The notes beneath the pieces are model-generated. The model saw only the letters and a program-made list of their open reading frames with translations. It was not told where the DNA came from and ran no database searches. The position numbers were made by a program, and so were the translations under genes. Shown here piece by piece: positions 8,509-16,795 of a stretch of 22,480 bases of DNA. The stretch is from Pseudomonadota bacterium (GTDB lineage Bacteria; Bdellovibrionota; FAC87; UBA2466). Where the stretch lies: assembly GCA_043718025.1 (NCBI GenBank), contig JAYSWN010000163.1:1-22480 (forward strand). The letters are read 5' to 3'. How positions within the stretch are numbered: the stretch's first letter is position 1; every line of letters starts with the position of its first letter.

Positions 8509-9162
8509 TGCCGCTACCGCGCTCAATGAGGGGGCAAGGTAATGATTCATTTTTTTCTTCGGGTAGCTGGAAAGTAGGTACATCACAAATCCATCGATCA
8601 CGGCCCATATCGACCGGCTTCGCCATTCTAGTTCGCGTTCAGTCCATTGCTTTTTTTGCTTTATTTTTTTCAGAGCTAAGTAAATACGCCTATCACCCAT
8701 GGCCCCCATTTTCGTATGGAGTTCACGGTAGTGATTATCCAGGCTCGAAAGATAATACAACAGCAGCAAAACGGATCCTTGATTAGGATTCTCATTGGCC
8801 CACTCAAAAAAACCATGAACCAAGGCAAGAATTTGTTTTTCGCCCTCTTCGGCCCGGTCCATTTTCTTAATCACCTTCCTTTGCGCCACCGCTACGGTGT
8901 ATTCAATCGCCGCCTTGAGTAGGGTATCCAGATCTTTGAAGTGGTACTTAACTTGCGAACGATTCATTCCCGCAATGGTCCCCACAGCTTCAAAGGTAAA
9001 TTGATTCCAACCTTGCTCGCCCAAGCACTGAATAGCCGCCTGTATCAGTCGGACTTTGGTTTTCTCTCCAACTCCAAGTTGATGCGGAAAAAGCTCAACA
9101 AAGATGTCGGCGTCATCGGAATACTGATTGGGCTTAATTAATTTCTTTCTCACCTTATCCAT
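8497..9162 (-). CDS. TetR/AcrR family transcriptional regulator
   Basis: N-terminal TetR HTH (TKVRLIQAAIQCLGEQGWNQFTFEAVGTIAGMNRSQVKYHFKDLDTLL) with a helical C-terminal domain. Its 3' end overlaps the aminotransferase by 12 nt. Confidence 0.9.
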   Translation of the reverse strand: MDKVRKKLIKPNQYSDDADIFVELFPHQLGVGEKTKVRLIQAAIQCLGEQGWNQFTFEAVGTIAGMNRSQVKYHFKDLDTLLKAAIEYTVAVAQRKVIKKMDRAEEGEKQILALVHGFFEWANENPNQGSVLLLLYYLSSLDNHYRELHTKMGAMGDRRIYLALKKIKQKKQWTERELEWRSRSIWAVIDGFVMYLLSSYPKKKMNHYLAPSLSAVAALLR

Positions 9163-9263
9163 TTTAATTTATTTGTTTTAATAAGTTAATACATTTGTAT
9201 CTAATTGGGATTGTGCCGCTCTTACCAAAGTGCTACACCACCACCCCTGCGGAGGGCCCGAAG

Positions 9264-9962
9264 GTGCGTAGTCGTCGCAAAATAAAAATATATTGGTTAG
9301 CGTTCGTTGGCTGGTGCCTCAGCAATCCAACTCCACTTTATGCAAATCGCGACACCGCAGCGTCCAGTAAATGTGCGCAATTTATTGGTTTTGTGACACC
9401 CGAAGAAACCGTAAATACCGCTGCCCTGGCGATTTTACTTGAGGTAGACGAGCCTATGATTCAGGAACTCATGGGGGTTGGTCAGGCCACCACGCTGCTA
9501 AATGAAATGTACCGAGCGGTGCTGCAAAAAATCGATCAGCTGCGGGTGTCGTGCAAATACTCTGACCTATGCCTTCTCCCCGAAATAACGGGCGCACTAC
9601 GTAAAGAAATTCCCAACCTTCTAATGCTTCGGCGTCAAAAGCAGCACGACGCCGAATTTAAACAAATTAGCCTTATCTACTTTTATGGCACGGATACGCC
9701 GGTACCTCACCGTTCGGTAAAGACTGATCCCCCGCGGTACCCAAGGTTTCGGGAGTGGTTAGCCCGTCAAATGGCGCTTCGTGGAATTGTCACTTTTCAA
9801 GAACTGGCGGTTCAAGTGAGCATGAACGTCACTCTCATCTCGCAATATAACCGTGGCCACAAGGTTCCTGGACAATCGGCATTGGCCCGTTTTTCCGCAT
9901 TTTTTGGAATTCCTGTAAACGACCTAATCAGGTCAATCAGCCTGCCCGATGTTAGCGGCTAG
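9264..9962 (+). CDS. Protein with signal-peptide-like N-terminus and C-terminal XRE/Cro-type HTH domain
   Basis: GGAGG RBS at 9251-9255 before GTG at 9264 (the track starts it at 9195). C-terminal FREWLARQMALRGIVTFQELAVQVSMNVTLISQYNRGHKVPGQSALARFSAFFGIPVNDL fits the HTH_XRE pattern. Confidence 0.75.
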   Translation: MRSRRKIKIYWLAFVGWCLSNPTPLYANRDTAASSKCAQFIGFVTPEETVNTAALAILLEVDEPMIQELMGVGQATTLLNEMYRAVLQKIDQLRVSCKYSDLCLLPEITGALRKEIPNLLMLRRQKQHDAEFKQISLIYFYGTDTPVPHRSVKTDPPRYPRFREWLARQMALRGIVTFQELAVQVSMNVTLISQYNRGHKVPGQSALARFSAFFGIPVNDLIRSISLPDVSG

Positions 9963-10049
9963 AGGGAATCTATCAAATATAGCGGCGAACATAACAGTTC
10001 CTCCCAAACGGGGTTGTCTCCCCCCCGGTATCACGGAGTGTAGTACGAA

Positions 10050-10330
10050 TCAGATGGCCTGGGTGGGCCCATTCGACTGATTGGAAAATGGGCGGACTCG
10101 TCGTACCCCCGCCACATTAGCGCTGATGCCGGAGACCGATCTCGGAACAATGAGAAAACGTTGGAGGACTACTTTGACGCTTGTCCCTCTGTCAGGGGTC
10201 CAATTTGCCACAAGGGTTCCGCCCCAGAGGGATAAAAAATCTCTCGCACAAAACAACCCTAACCCATGCCCGTCCTGTTTGGAGGTAAAGGGCCTCAATG
10301 GCTCCTTCAAAATAAATTGAAAAACCGGTT
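10050..10330 (-). pseudogene. Histidine kinase HATPase C-terminal remnant
   Basis: PFTSKQDGHGLGLFCARDFLSLWGGTLVANWTPDRGTSVKVVL matches the F/G2 boxes and last strands of a HATPase_c domain. An in-frame TAA lies just upstream, and no N-box, G1 or H-box is present. Confidence 0.7.
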
Positions 10331-10547
10331 AACTACCTGGGACGAAACGCAGACCGTCGAAAAGGGAGAGTCAATTCTCCTGTACTCCATAATCAAATAT
10401 GAGCTAAACACCCTTTTAGATTTTATAAGGGCGCGCGGATGGTCGGTTCCAGCAATCAAAGACGACGACGACTATCTCACAATTACTGACGGTGATGAGT
10501 CGTTCCGATACGCAGTATTCTCGGCCTTTCGAAAAGTGAGTAAATAA
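10330..10547 (+). pseudogene. Probable 3' remnant of a gene (or small ORF) coupled to the downstream membrane protein
   Basis: Open frame ends in TAATG overlap with the next ATG (10547). The only upstream ATG (10266) lies inside the antisense kinase remnant and there is no convincing start of its own. Confidence 0.4.
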
Positions 10548-11689
10548 TGAATCCGTTAACAAAGGGCAGAATCGTTGCAATGGCCGGCGCTAATTTTACC
10601 GCGGCTTTAGGCGGCTCCGGAGTCCTTTCAAAAGGGTTGCAGCTTCAAGAAGAGTTTCCATTGGCTTTTGGGGACTCCATTTTGGCTTATCTCACCGGTT
10701 GCTGTTTATCTTTTATCGGAATCATTTTTTTAGGAAAGCAGTCGCGGGCCATTACTCCGCTCATTAGTTTTTCCGCTTCTTTGTTAATGGTGGGGCTCGC
10801 CTGGGCGGTCTCGAACAAGGGCGGTGCCTCTTTTTACGACAAACTCATTTTTTCAATTCTTTGTTTAAACTTTGCGCTCATTTTTATACCGCGAACTTTC
10901 CGCATTGAGAGAACGGCGGGATTTTTCCAGAGTTTGAGTTGGGTGGAGCTTTCTTACGCGTTGGGATACTTTGCAGGTTTGCTCTTTTGGCAAAGGGCAA
11001 GCTCGGCAAATTTTACTACCGCCGTAATTGCGGCTGCCGGACTGTACGGCGTGAGTGCCCTATTGGATCTCTTCTCATTTGGTAATGAGGCGGCCGCAAA
11101 AACGGACGGTAGCCAGGCTCGATTCTTTAGGAATTCTTTCTCAATCCCTGCTGCGGCGAGAGGCGGCGCGGTGGTGCTTGTCGCCATGACCATTGCCGTG
11201 CAGGTGGGCACTCAAATCATTTCCAAAATTTCAAATAACACTGACCCACTGGCGGCGTTTGATTTGGGAACCACGCTTGCACCCGTGCTATGTGGAATCT
11301 TTGGCGCGTCATTGGGCAGCTTGGGATTAGTCAGTTTTCAGCGGCTAAAGCAAACCCTGACCATTTCCAGTCTCATCGCTTTCAGCGGCTTTCTTATGTT
11401 GTGCTCTTTTGTTTTCGTGTCCACCGTGGGCGCTTCAAACTTTGCCACCTTGGCGCTCTTTGCATTCGCCGCGGTGCTTTATGAATTTATTGCTCTCGTG
11501 CTTTTAGATTGGCTCGGCAAACAAGATATCCCCCGAAACGTAATTTCTTCGATTTTTGGAATGATGGCACTGCTTAGCACCCTTGTTTATTGGCTTTTTC
11601 TAACTCGAAGCTCTTCCCTGATAGAAGTAGGGGTTGTGGTTGGCCTTGCGACCGGCCTCAGCTTCTTTCTAGTGAAAACATCGCACTAA
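10547..11689 (+). CDS. Multi-pass membrane protein, probably a divergent MFS-like transporter
   Basis: 380 aa with about 11-12 hydrophobic segments split into two halves by a hydrophilic loop (GNEAAAKTDGSQARFFRN). No canonical MFS motif A was seen. Confidence 0.7.
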   Translation: MNPLTKGRIVAMAGANFTAALGGSGVLSKGLQLQEEFPLAFGDSILAYLTGCCLSFIGIIFLGKQSRAITPLISFSASLLMVGLAWAVSNKGGASFYDKLIFSILCLNFALIFIPRTFRIERTAGFFQSLSWVELSYALGYFAGLLFWQRASSANFTTAVIAAAGLYGVSALLDLFSFGNEAAAKTDGSQARFFRNSFSIPAAARGGAVVLVAMTIAVQVGTQIISKISNNTDPLAAFDLGTTLAPVLCGIFGASLGSLGLVSFQRLKQTLTISSLIAFSGFLMLCSFVFVSTVGASNFATLALFAFAAVLYEFIALVLLDWLGKQDIPRNVISSIFGMMALLSTLVYWLFLTRSSSLIEVGVVVGLATGLSFFLVKTSH

Positions 11690-11698
11690 TGAACGCGA

Positions 11699-13843
11699 TT
11701 AGAACAATTGAATCGGTACTAAAGAGGCCAATCCCTTTGGAATGATTCGAACTCCAAGCTCCTCACAACGGGCTCTTAAATCGTGCTCCTCAAAGTGGCT
11801 AGAAATTAAAATCGAACGATCCTGAATCTTCAGATCACTTATCAAATCCAAGCCAGTGACAGATTGTCCCAATAATTCATAATCCAGCAAATAAGTGATG
11901 TTCGAATCGGAAGAATTCTTTCTATGAAATTCTCTTAGTTGATCGGCTTGGGACAAACTTATCAATTCGACGTTTGCACCTAAAGTCCGAAATCGACTCA
12001 GCCAAATTTGATGGACAGAAAGATCATCATCAAGGATGACGAGGCGACTAGATTCATTTAGCAGCAAGTGAGGAACAAACCAATTCGGTGGTTCCTCCAT
12101 GGCGAGTGCGATCGTAACCGTGGTTCCGCGGTCTGCGACGGACTCAAAGATTAACTTCCCGCCCCAAGATTCGATAGTTTGTTTGGCATGAAATACTCCC
12201 AAGCCAGAACCGGTCGGTTTTCCGTAGCTCTTTCCGCGCTCACCCAACGTATCCAAAAACTCAGGCGGAATTCCCTTACCGTTATCTCGCACCTTGACGT
12301 TGCACACTCGACCTTGAGAAGAGACGCTGACATCAATCTTGCCTGCTCCGTCGCATGCCTCGACGGAATTATCGATGAGGTTCGAAAGAACTCGTTTAAA
12401 CTCTGTCGGGTTAATTTTGCTGAAGATCCCGTAGGATATTGGGCCGATGATGGATTGAATCTCTACGTCGAATCGAGACCGATACTGAAGACGCTTCTCC
12501 GTTAAAAGTGGTTCGACAATGCTGGTAAGGAGACAAGTCCACTCTCCATCACGACCCAAGGCTGTAGCCGGTTTGGGTTGGTTTGGGGACGTATTTAAGC
12601 TGTTAGCAATGTCTTCAATACGGGTTACTGCGCTGCGTACAAGAAGGCGATCCTCTTCGGCGAACCCAGCAACATCGCTAAGCACAACCTTTAGTGCGGC
12701 AAGAGGCGACCGGATGTCGTGGGCAATCTGTGTCATTACCTCACCGATTCGAGCCAGAATCTCCCTTTCCTTTAACTGATGATTTAGCTCTTCAAGTTTT
12801 CGATCGCGATCCTTTAGAGTGTCCAAAAGGGACATTACCCCCTCTTGCAAATAGGAAACTTCACGGATTTTAGTTTGCGTCTTTTCAATGTTTCCAAATC
12901 CCTTGCCGTAACCGAAATTCAGCGTCCCACGAAATCGAAATAGCTCTTCGGAAAGTTGGACAATGGGTTCAGAAATAGCTCGCAGAATCACTAAAACACC
13001 GACGATACCCAGCAATAATATCAAGCCAAAGTTATACAAAATGAAGCTTTGAAGTTTGCCTATCCTTAAATCCGGAACCGCGTCATCGCGTACGAAATGA
13101 AGAACAAAATCGATGCCTCGAACGGTGAATTTATTGTCATAGTCAAGCGGCCGCAAGTTTGCATTTTTCTCCAACATTTTTGAATAGTTTTTGCCATTAA
13201 AGAATGCAGTGTAAAAAAGCGATTGCGGGGCAAAGAGAATCTTGCCTACTCCATTGGATAGTATCGGCAGCACCGACGCCGACTCTGACATAGTACTTGC
13301 ACTGGAAATAAGTGCGGACATAAGGGGGAGAGGGTCAAGTAATCCGAAGAGAACGCGTCCGTCATGTAATTTTTCGTAAAAGAGTACATAGGTCTTATAA
13401 TAGGCCGGTTCGATACCGGTTTCTGCTTCGAGCAGCCAGCTTGCCGGTTCGGACCGTCCCAGTGTGTTCCACCAAGGAGAATGAGTAATGGACTGACGCG
13501 TAAAGCTATCGCTATTTATGCCGCTGTGAAAAATGGGGACCAGATGTTGTTCTCTTGTCTTAACTCCACAAAAAACCAGAGGCGATCGAGTTTCAAATTC
13601 CCGCTCTCTCCCCTTCTTGCACCTTTCAAAGTAGCCTCGGTATTCGTCATGCTTAATGTCGAGAACTCCGCGGACATTTTGGGCGTAGTTTTTCGCGAAA
13701 TACAGATCATTCTCATGGCTAATCGTCACAACATGCTGCCAAAAAAATGCGGAGGTTACGGCCGCCGGTACGGTAAAAGCCGTCAAAAAGAAGAGGCCTA
13801 AGGCGGTCTTTAGCGTAAACAGCCTGTGGGTGGGTTCACTCAT
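11699..13843 (-). CDS. Membrane-bound hybrid sensor histidine kinase (TM-periplasmic domain-TM-HAMP-like-HisKA-HATPase-receiver)
   Basis: Two TM helices, H-box AHDIRSPLAAL, N-box LSNLIDNSVEA, G1 DNGKGIP, G2 GSGLGV. The C-terminal receiver has LVILDDD...LLDYEL...ISSH...IPK. Confidence 0.95.
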   Translation of the reverse strand: MSEPTHRLFTLKTALGLFFLTAFTVPAAVTSAFFWQHVVTISHENDLYFAKNYAQNVRGVLDIKHDEYRGYFERCKKGREREFETRSPLVFCGVKTREQHLVPIFHSGINSDSFTRQSITHSPWWNTLGRSEPASWLLEAETGIEPAYYKTYVLFYEKLHDGRVLFGLLDPLPLMSALISSASTMSESASVLPILSNGVGKILFAPQSLFYTAFFNGKNYSKMLEKNANLRPLDYDNKFTVRGIDFVLHFVRDDAVPDLRIGKLQSFILYNFGLILLLGIVGVLVILRAISEPIVQLSEELFRFRGTLNFGYGKGFGNIEKTQTKIREVSYLQEGVMSLLDTLKDRDRKLEELNHQLKEREILARIGEVMTQIAHDIRSPLAALKVVLSDVAGFAEEDRLLVRSAVTRIEDIANSLNTSPNQPKPATALGRDGEWTCLLTSIVEPLLTEKRLQYRSRFDVEIQSIIGPISYGIFSKINPTEFKRVLSNLIDNSVEACDGAGKIDVSVSSQGRVCNVKVRDNGKGIPPEFLDTLGERGKSYGKPTGSGLGVFHAKQTIESWGGKLIFESVADRGTTVTIALAMEEPPNWFVPHLLLNESSRLVILDDDLSVHQIWLSRFRTLGANVELISLSQADQLREFHRKNSSDSNITYLLDYELLGQSVTGLDLISDLKIQDRSILISSHFEEHDLRARCEELGVRIIPKGLASLVPIQLF

Positions 13844-14273
13844 TTCTGTTACCGATTTCAGCCATTGTTATACCCGCAAACAATAAGGCGATTCCAATTA
13901 CCGCGGCGCAGAGGGACCGAATGTGTCCTTGTTGAGAATCGACAAGGGTGCTGACAATAAGATCTCCAGCTAAAACCAAAAGAACCGATTTTGTGGCGCC
14001 CAATCTGGGTAACACGAAAATATTTATCGCCATGGACAAAGCCACCAGAATTCCCGCTCCATAGAGTGAAATTGGGACGAAAAAAAGTTGCCTCTTAAAA
14101 TCCATGGGCCCAAAAAAAATAACCACCACGGTCAGTACCAGAGCGGAGCCTGCGATACGATTCCAAAGCAAGGTCCGAACCGTACCTATGCGAAGTCCCA
14201 CTACGGAGCAAACCAAACCGTCTAGCGCCAAAAACAAGCCGCCAAGAAAAATCAAAAGGGAGGAAAGAAACAC
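13836..14273 (-). CDS. DMT superfamily transporter, YdcZ-like
   Basis: 145 aa, about 5 TM segments, LPRLGATKSVLLVLAGDLIVSTLVD matching the YdcZ pattern P.LG......L...GQ...S...D. GAGGTG RBS; stop overlaps the kinase start. Confidence 0.8.
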   Translation of the reverse strand: MFLSSLLIFLGGLFLALDGLVCSVVGLRIGTVRTLLWNRIAGSALVLTVVVIFFGPMDFKRQLFFVPISLYGAGILVALSMAINIFVLPRLGATKSVLLVLAGDLIVSTLVDSQQGHIRSLCAAVIGIALLFAGITMAEIGNRNE

Positions 14274-14279
14274 GATCGT

Positions 14280-14741
14280 TCACCTCGAAAAGAAAAGTAA
14301 AACTCCAACGCCTAACATTGTGAAACAGAGTTGACCGAAATCGTAGACGGTGAAGGCGCGCTTTCTCAGCCCTAACAATCCCAAAGTGTCCGCGACGATG
14401 TTCATAATCACCTGTCCGAGAACTAGGAGCGAGAGGGTACCCGCGAACCCAAGTTCGCTTCGAGCGGGACTGAAAATTACTATCGCTGCCATCGCGCCCG
14501 AAATACCAGTGAGGTAGGCAAAGCTTGAGAGAGAGAACGGCTGTCTCTTTGGTAACAGAATATTCTTCCGACCTGAGATGAGCTTTAGAACGGCTCCAAA
14601 AGCGGCGCCCACGCTGTAACTGACTAACAACGCGAGATGAGGCGAGGCGTATCGTGAAAACTCCTTGTATTGATAGTTTGCGAGAGCAAGCACACCGCCT
14701 GAGAACAGAGAGAAAAGGAGGAGTTTAGTTTGATTACTCAA
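14280..14741 (-). CDS. DMT superfamily transporter, YdcZ-like
   Basis: 153 aa, about 5 TM segments, YLTGISGA...LGFAGTLSLLVLGQVIMNIVADTLGLLG; ATGA overlap with the upstream gene. Confidence 0.82.
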   Translation of the reverse strand: MSNQTKLLLFSLFSGGVLALANYQYKEFSRYASPHLALLVSYSVGAAFGAVLKLISGRKNILLPKRQPFSLSSFAYLTGISGAMAAIVIFSPARSELGFAGTLSLLVLGQVIMNIVADTLGLLGLRKRAFTVYDFGQLCFTMLGVGVLLFFSR

Positions 14742-15769
14742 TTGGGTTCAATTTCTCTAAGCGGTGCATGGCGCCCCATTGACCTAATTAGGGCTCCGGC
14801 ATTCCCTGCGTTTTTAATCAAACCGTTCTTCAGGAGTTGCTGCATGGTCCGCAAAACATCGGAGTAGGAAGTGGTGTAGTCTGACGGTCCGCTAAGGCTC
14901 TCCGTGAAAGTCTTTAGCTGGTACTGTTGGACATGGCGCGGCCTCCTTGGATGGAGTTTCATTAGTATATCGAGGGCCAGATTTGGATGGGCCTCCGTCC
15001 AATCCCATCCCTTCCAAATGGCCTTAGCCATACGGCGATTAATTTCGATATCGGCCGCGTCAGTCGGCTTTCTTCCGACCAATACATCCTCAAAGATAGG
15101 CTGACCCATTTCACAGTAGGAAGAATAGCTCTGGTCAGGATTAACTACTTTTGAGTAATCCAGGAGCTCGTTGTACCGCATCACAAGAACGATCCAGTCA
15201 TCGCTCCGGACATCGGGGCTTCCTACGTTCGCCCGCTTCGCGAAATCACTGCTAATTAGATGGTGTTCGATCAAGAAATTCTTTAACAGCGTATCTTGGG
15301 ATCCCCACCAGGAAAAAAACCGAGATGTTTTCATCTTATGAAGGATTTGGTCTTTCGGTCCTTTCGACACCCATCCCATGTTGCAACCCTTACTTATGAT
15401 GCTAATGACGGAAAATTTCGGGTTTTCTGCAAGCCACTCCATGGTGTTGCTAAGAATGTTGATTGTGTAAACACGAGGATTTGACAACACTTCATAGAAA
15501 CTCTCGCCCACTCCGAGATCATGTTTAATGGTGACGTCGAGGCCTTCGTCCCTAAAAAAGCCGCGGTCACGTGCCGAGTAGTAACCGAGAAACTGAGCCT
15601 GGGGCTCCCACATGACAAAGAGAGTTACGGGAATTAGTTCGTGTTTATGGCCGACCAATACGTTGAGACAGTAAATCACGATTACGGCGGCTCCCAGAAT
15701 CGCTAAACTTCCCCTTCGAATTCCGTTCATTAAACGGCGGTCGCTAACTTGTTTGTATTGTGGCTCCAT
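14738..15769 (-). CDS. NMT1/THI5-like (ThiY/SsuA superfamily) periplasmic substrate-binding protein
   Basis: N-terminal TM anchor, then VTLFVMWEPQAQFLGYYSARDRGFFRDEGLDVTIK (family signature) and AIWKGWDWTEAHPNLALDIL. Confidence 0.88.
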   Translation of the reverse strand: MEPQYKQVSDRRLMNGIRRGSLAILGAAVIVIYCLNVLVGHKHELIPVTLFVMWEPQAQFLGYYSARDRGFFRDEGLDVTIKHDLGVGESFYEVLSNPRVYTINILSNTMEWLAENPKFSVISIISKGCNMGWVSKGPKDQILHKMKTSRFFSWWGSQDTLLKNFLIEHHLISSDFAKRANVGSPDVRSDDWIVLVMRYNELLDYSKVVNPDQSYSSYCEMGQPIFEDVLVGRKPTDAADIEINRRMAKAIWKGWDWTEAHPNLALDILMKLHPRRPRHVQQYQLKTFTESLSGPSDYTTSYSDVLRTMQQLLKNGLIKNAGNAGALIRSMGRHAPLREIEPN

Positions 15770-15774
15770 TTGTT

Positions 15775-16755
15775 CTAGCGAGAATGTTTTTTCAGCTCAC
15801 AAATAATTTGAGGTTGGTTCCCTCCGACCATTCCCTTTCTTGGTCCATCAGCAACTTCGACGGAAACGCCCATATCATTTGCGTAACTACTTATGAATTC
15901 GTAAGCCGTATGCAGTTTAGTCACGTCAAACTGGTCCTCATCCGACGTGCCAAGCTCCCCCGACAGGTTGAGCACGGTAAGTTCTTCGAGCGACCTAGCA
16001 AAAAATTTACTTGGGGTTTCTTTAACGTTTATCTCGCAGAGAGTCTGCGGATATCGACTATCGAGAATCCCCGAGATCGTTCCATTTTTAATAAGATGAT
16101 TTCTTGCAATCCAAATTAACCGAAGGTTATTGGCGTAGATAGGGGACCGCTTTTGGAAATGATTATAGCCAATCTTCCCCCCCATGGATTTTAGCTGGTC
16201 AGCGTAGACCACTACTAGAGAACCTCCGATGGCAAGCTTGCCGTAGAGGGCCGACAGCATTTCAATTAGCTCATCTTCGGGCGCAATTTGGTCCTCAGTA
16301 GCAAACGGGGTGAGATGGTAAATCATATGTAGCGCAAGGATGACGTCCTGAGGTGGCAACGAATCAAACCATTGGGTACCGGTTGGACTTCTATACAAGT
16401 CCTGAACGGTTCCCGGATACACCGAGCCAAGTTTCAGGTTGTTGTATTTTTCAATTTCGCTTCTGTAACGTTTAAGAAGAAGCGAATTCGGCTCTTCGAT
16501 GGAGACAACACCTGATTTTAGCGCGCTTAACGCGATGTCGACAATTTCACCTGAGCCGGCTCCTACATCGAAAACTTTGACGACATCCTTCGGTGCAATC
16601 TCTTTCAAAATCTTTTTGAGGAACGGCAGAAAGTACTCTCGTTGAGAATTTCCCAGGAAGTTTCCCGGCTTCTGCGGATCGGGCAGCATCAAGAGCTCAT
16701 GGAACGCTCGTCGATACGCCTCGGCGTTACTCATTTTCTCGAATTCTTCGAACAT
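15775..16755 (-). CDS. Class I SAM-dependent methyltransferase, histamine N-methyltransferase-like
   Basis: Motif I VFDVGAGSGEI, acidic motif II SIEEPNS, DVILALHMIYHL and LAIGGSLVVV; AGGAG RBS. Confidence 0.88.
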   Translation of the reverse strand: MFEEFEKMSNAEAYRRAFHELLMLPDPQKPGNFLGNSQREYFLPFLKKILKEIAPKDVVKVFDVGAGSGEIVDIALSALKSGVVSIEEPNSLLLKRYRSEIEKYNNLKLGSVYPGTVQDLYRSPTGTQWFDSLPPQDVILALHMIYHLTPFATEDQIAPEDELIEMLSALYGKLAIGGSLVVVYADQLKSMGGKIGYNHFQKRSPIYANNLRLIWIARNHLIKNGTISGILDSRYPQTLCEINVKETPSKFFARSLEELTVLNLSGELGTSDEDQFDVTKLHTAYEFISSYANDMGVSVEVADGPRKGMVGGNQPQIICELKKHSR

Positions 16756-16795
16756 GGGTCTCTCCTATCTTCTTAAACGCTTTCGAAAAACACTG

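Noticed and set aside
14095..14283. 62-aa ORF with GTGA overlap as alternative start or frameshift of the second DMT gene
   Set aside because: The 14273 GTG has its own GAGGTG RBS and gives a complete hydrophobic DMT protein; the alternative frame is not protein-like.
14738..15769. thiY/THI5 thiamine salvage or biosynthesis assignment
   Set aside because: No ABC permease/ATPase, no thiamine genes and no recognisable TPP riboswitch nearby; only the family-level fold is supported.
15775..16755. DNA methyltransferase / restriction-modification or defence system
   Set aside because: No DPPY/NPPY or PC catalytic motif and no nuclease neighbour; the motifs fit a small-molecule methyltransferase.
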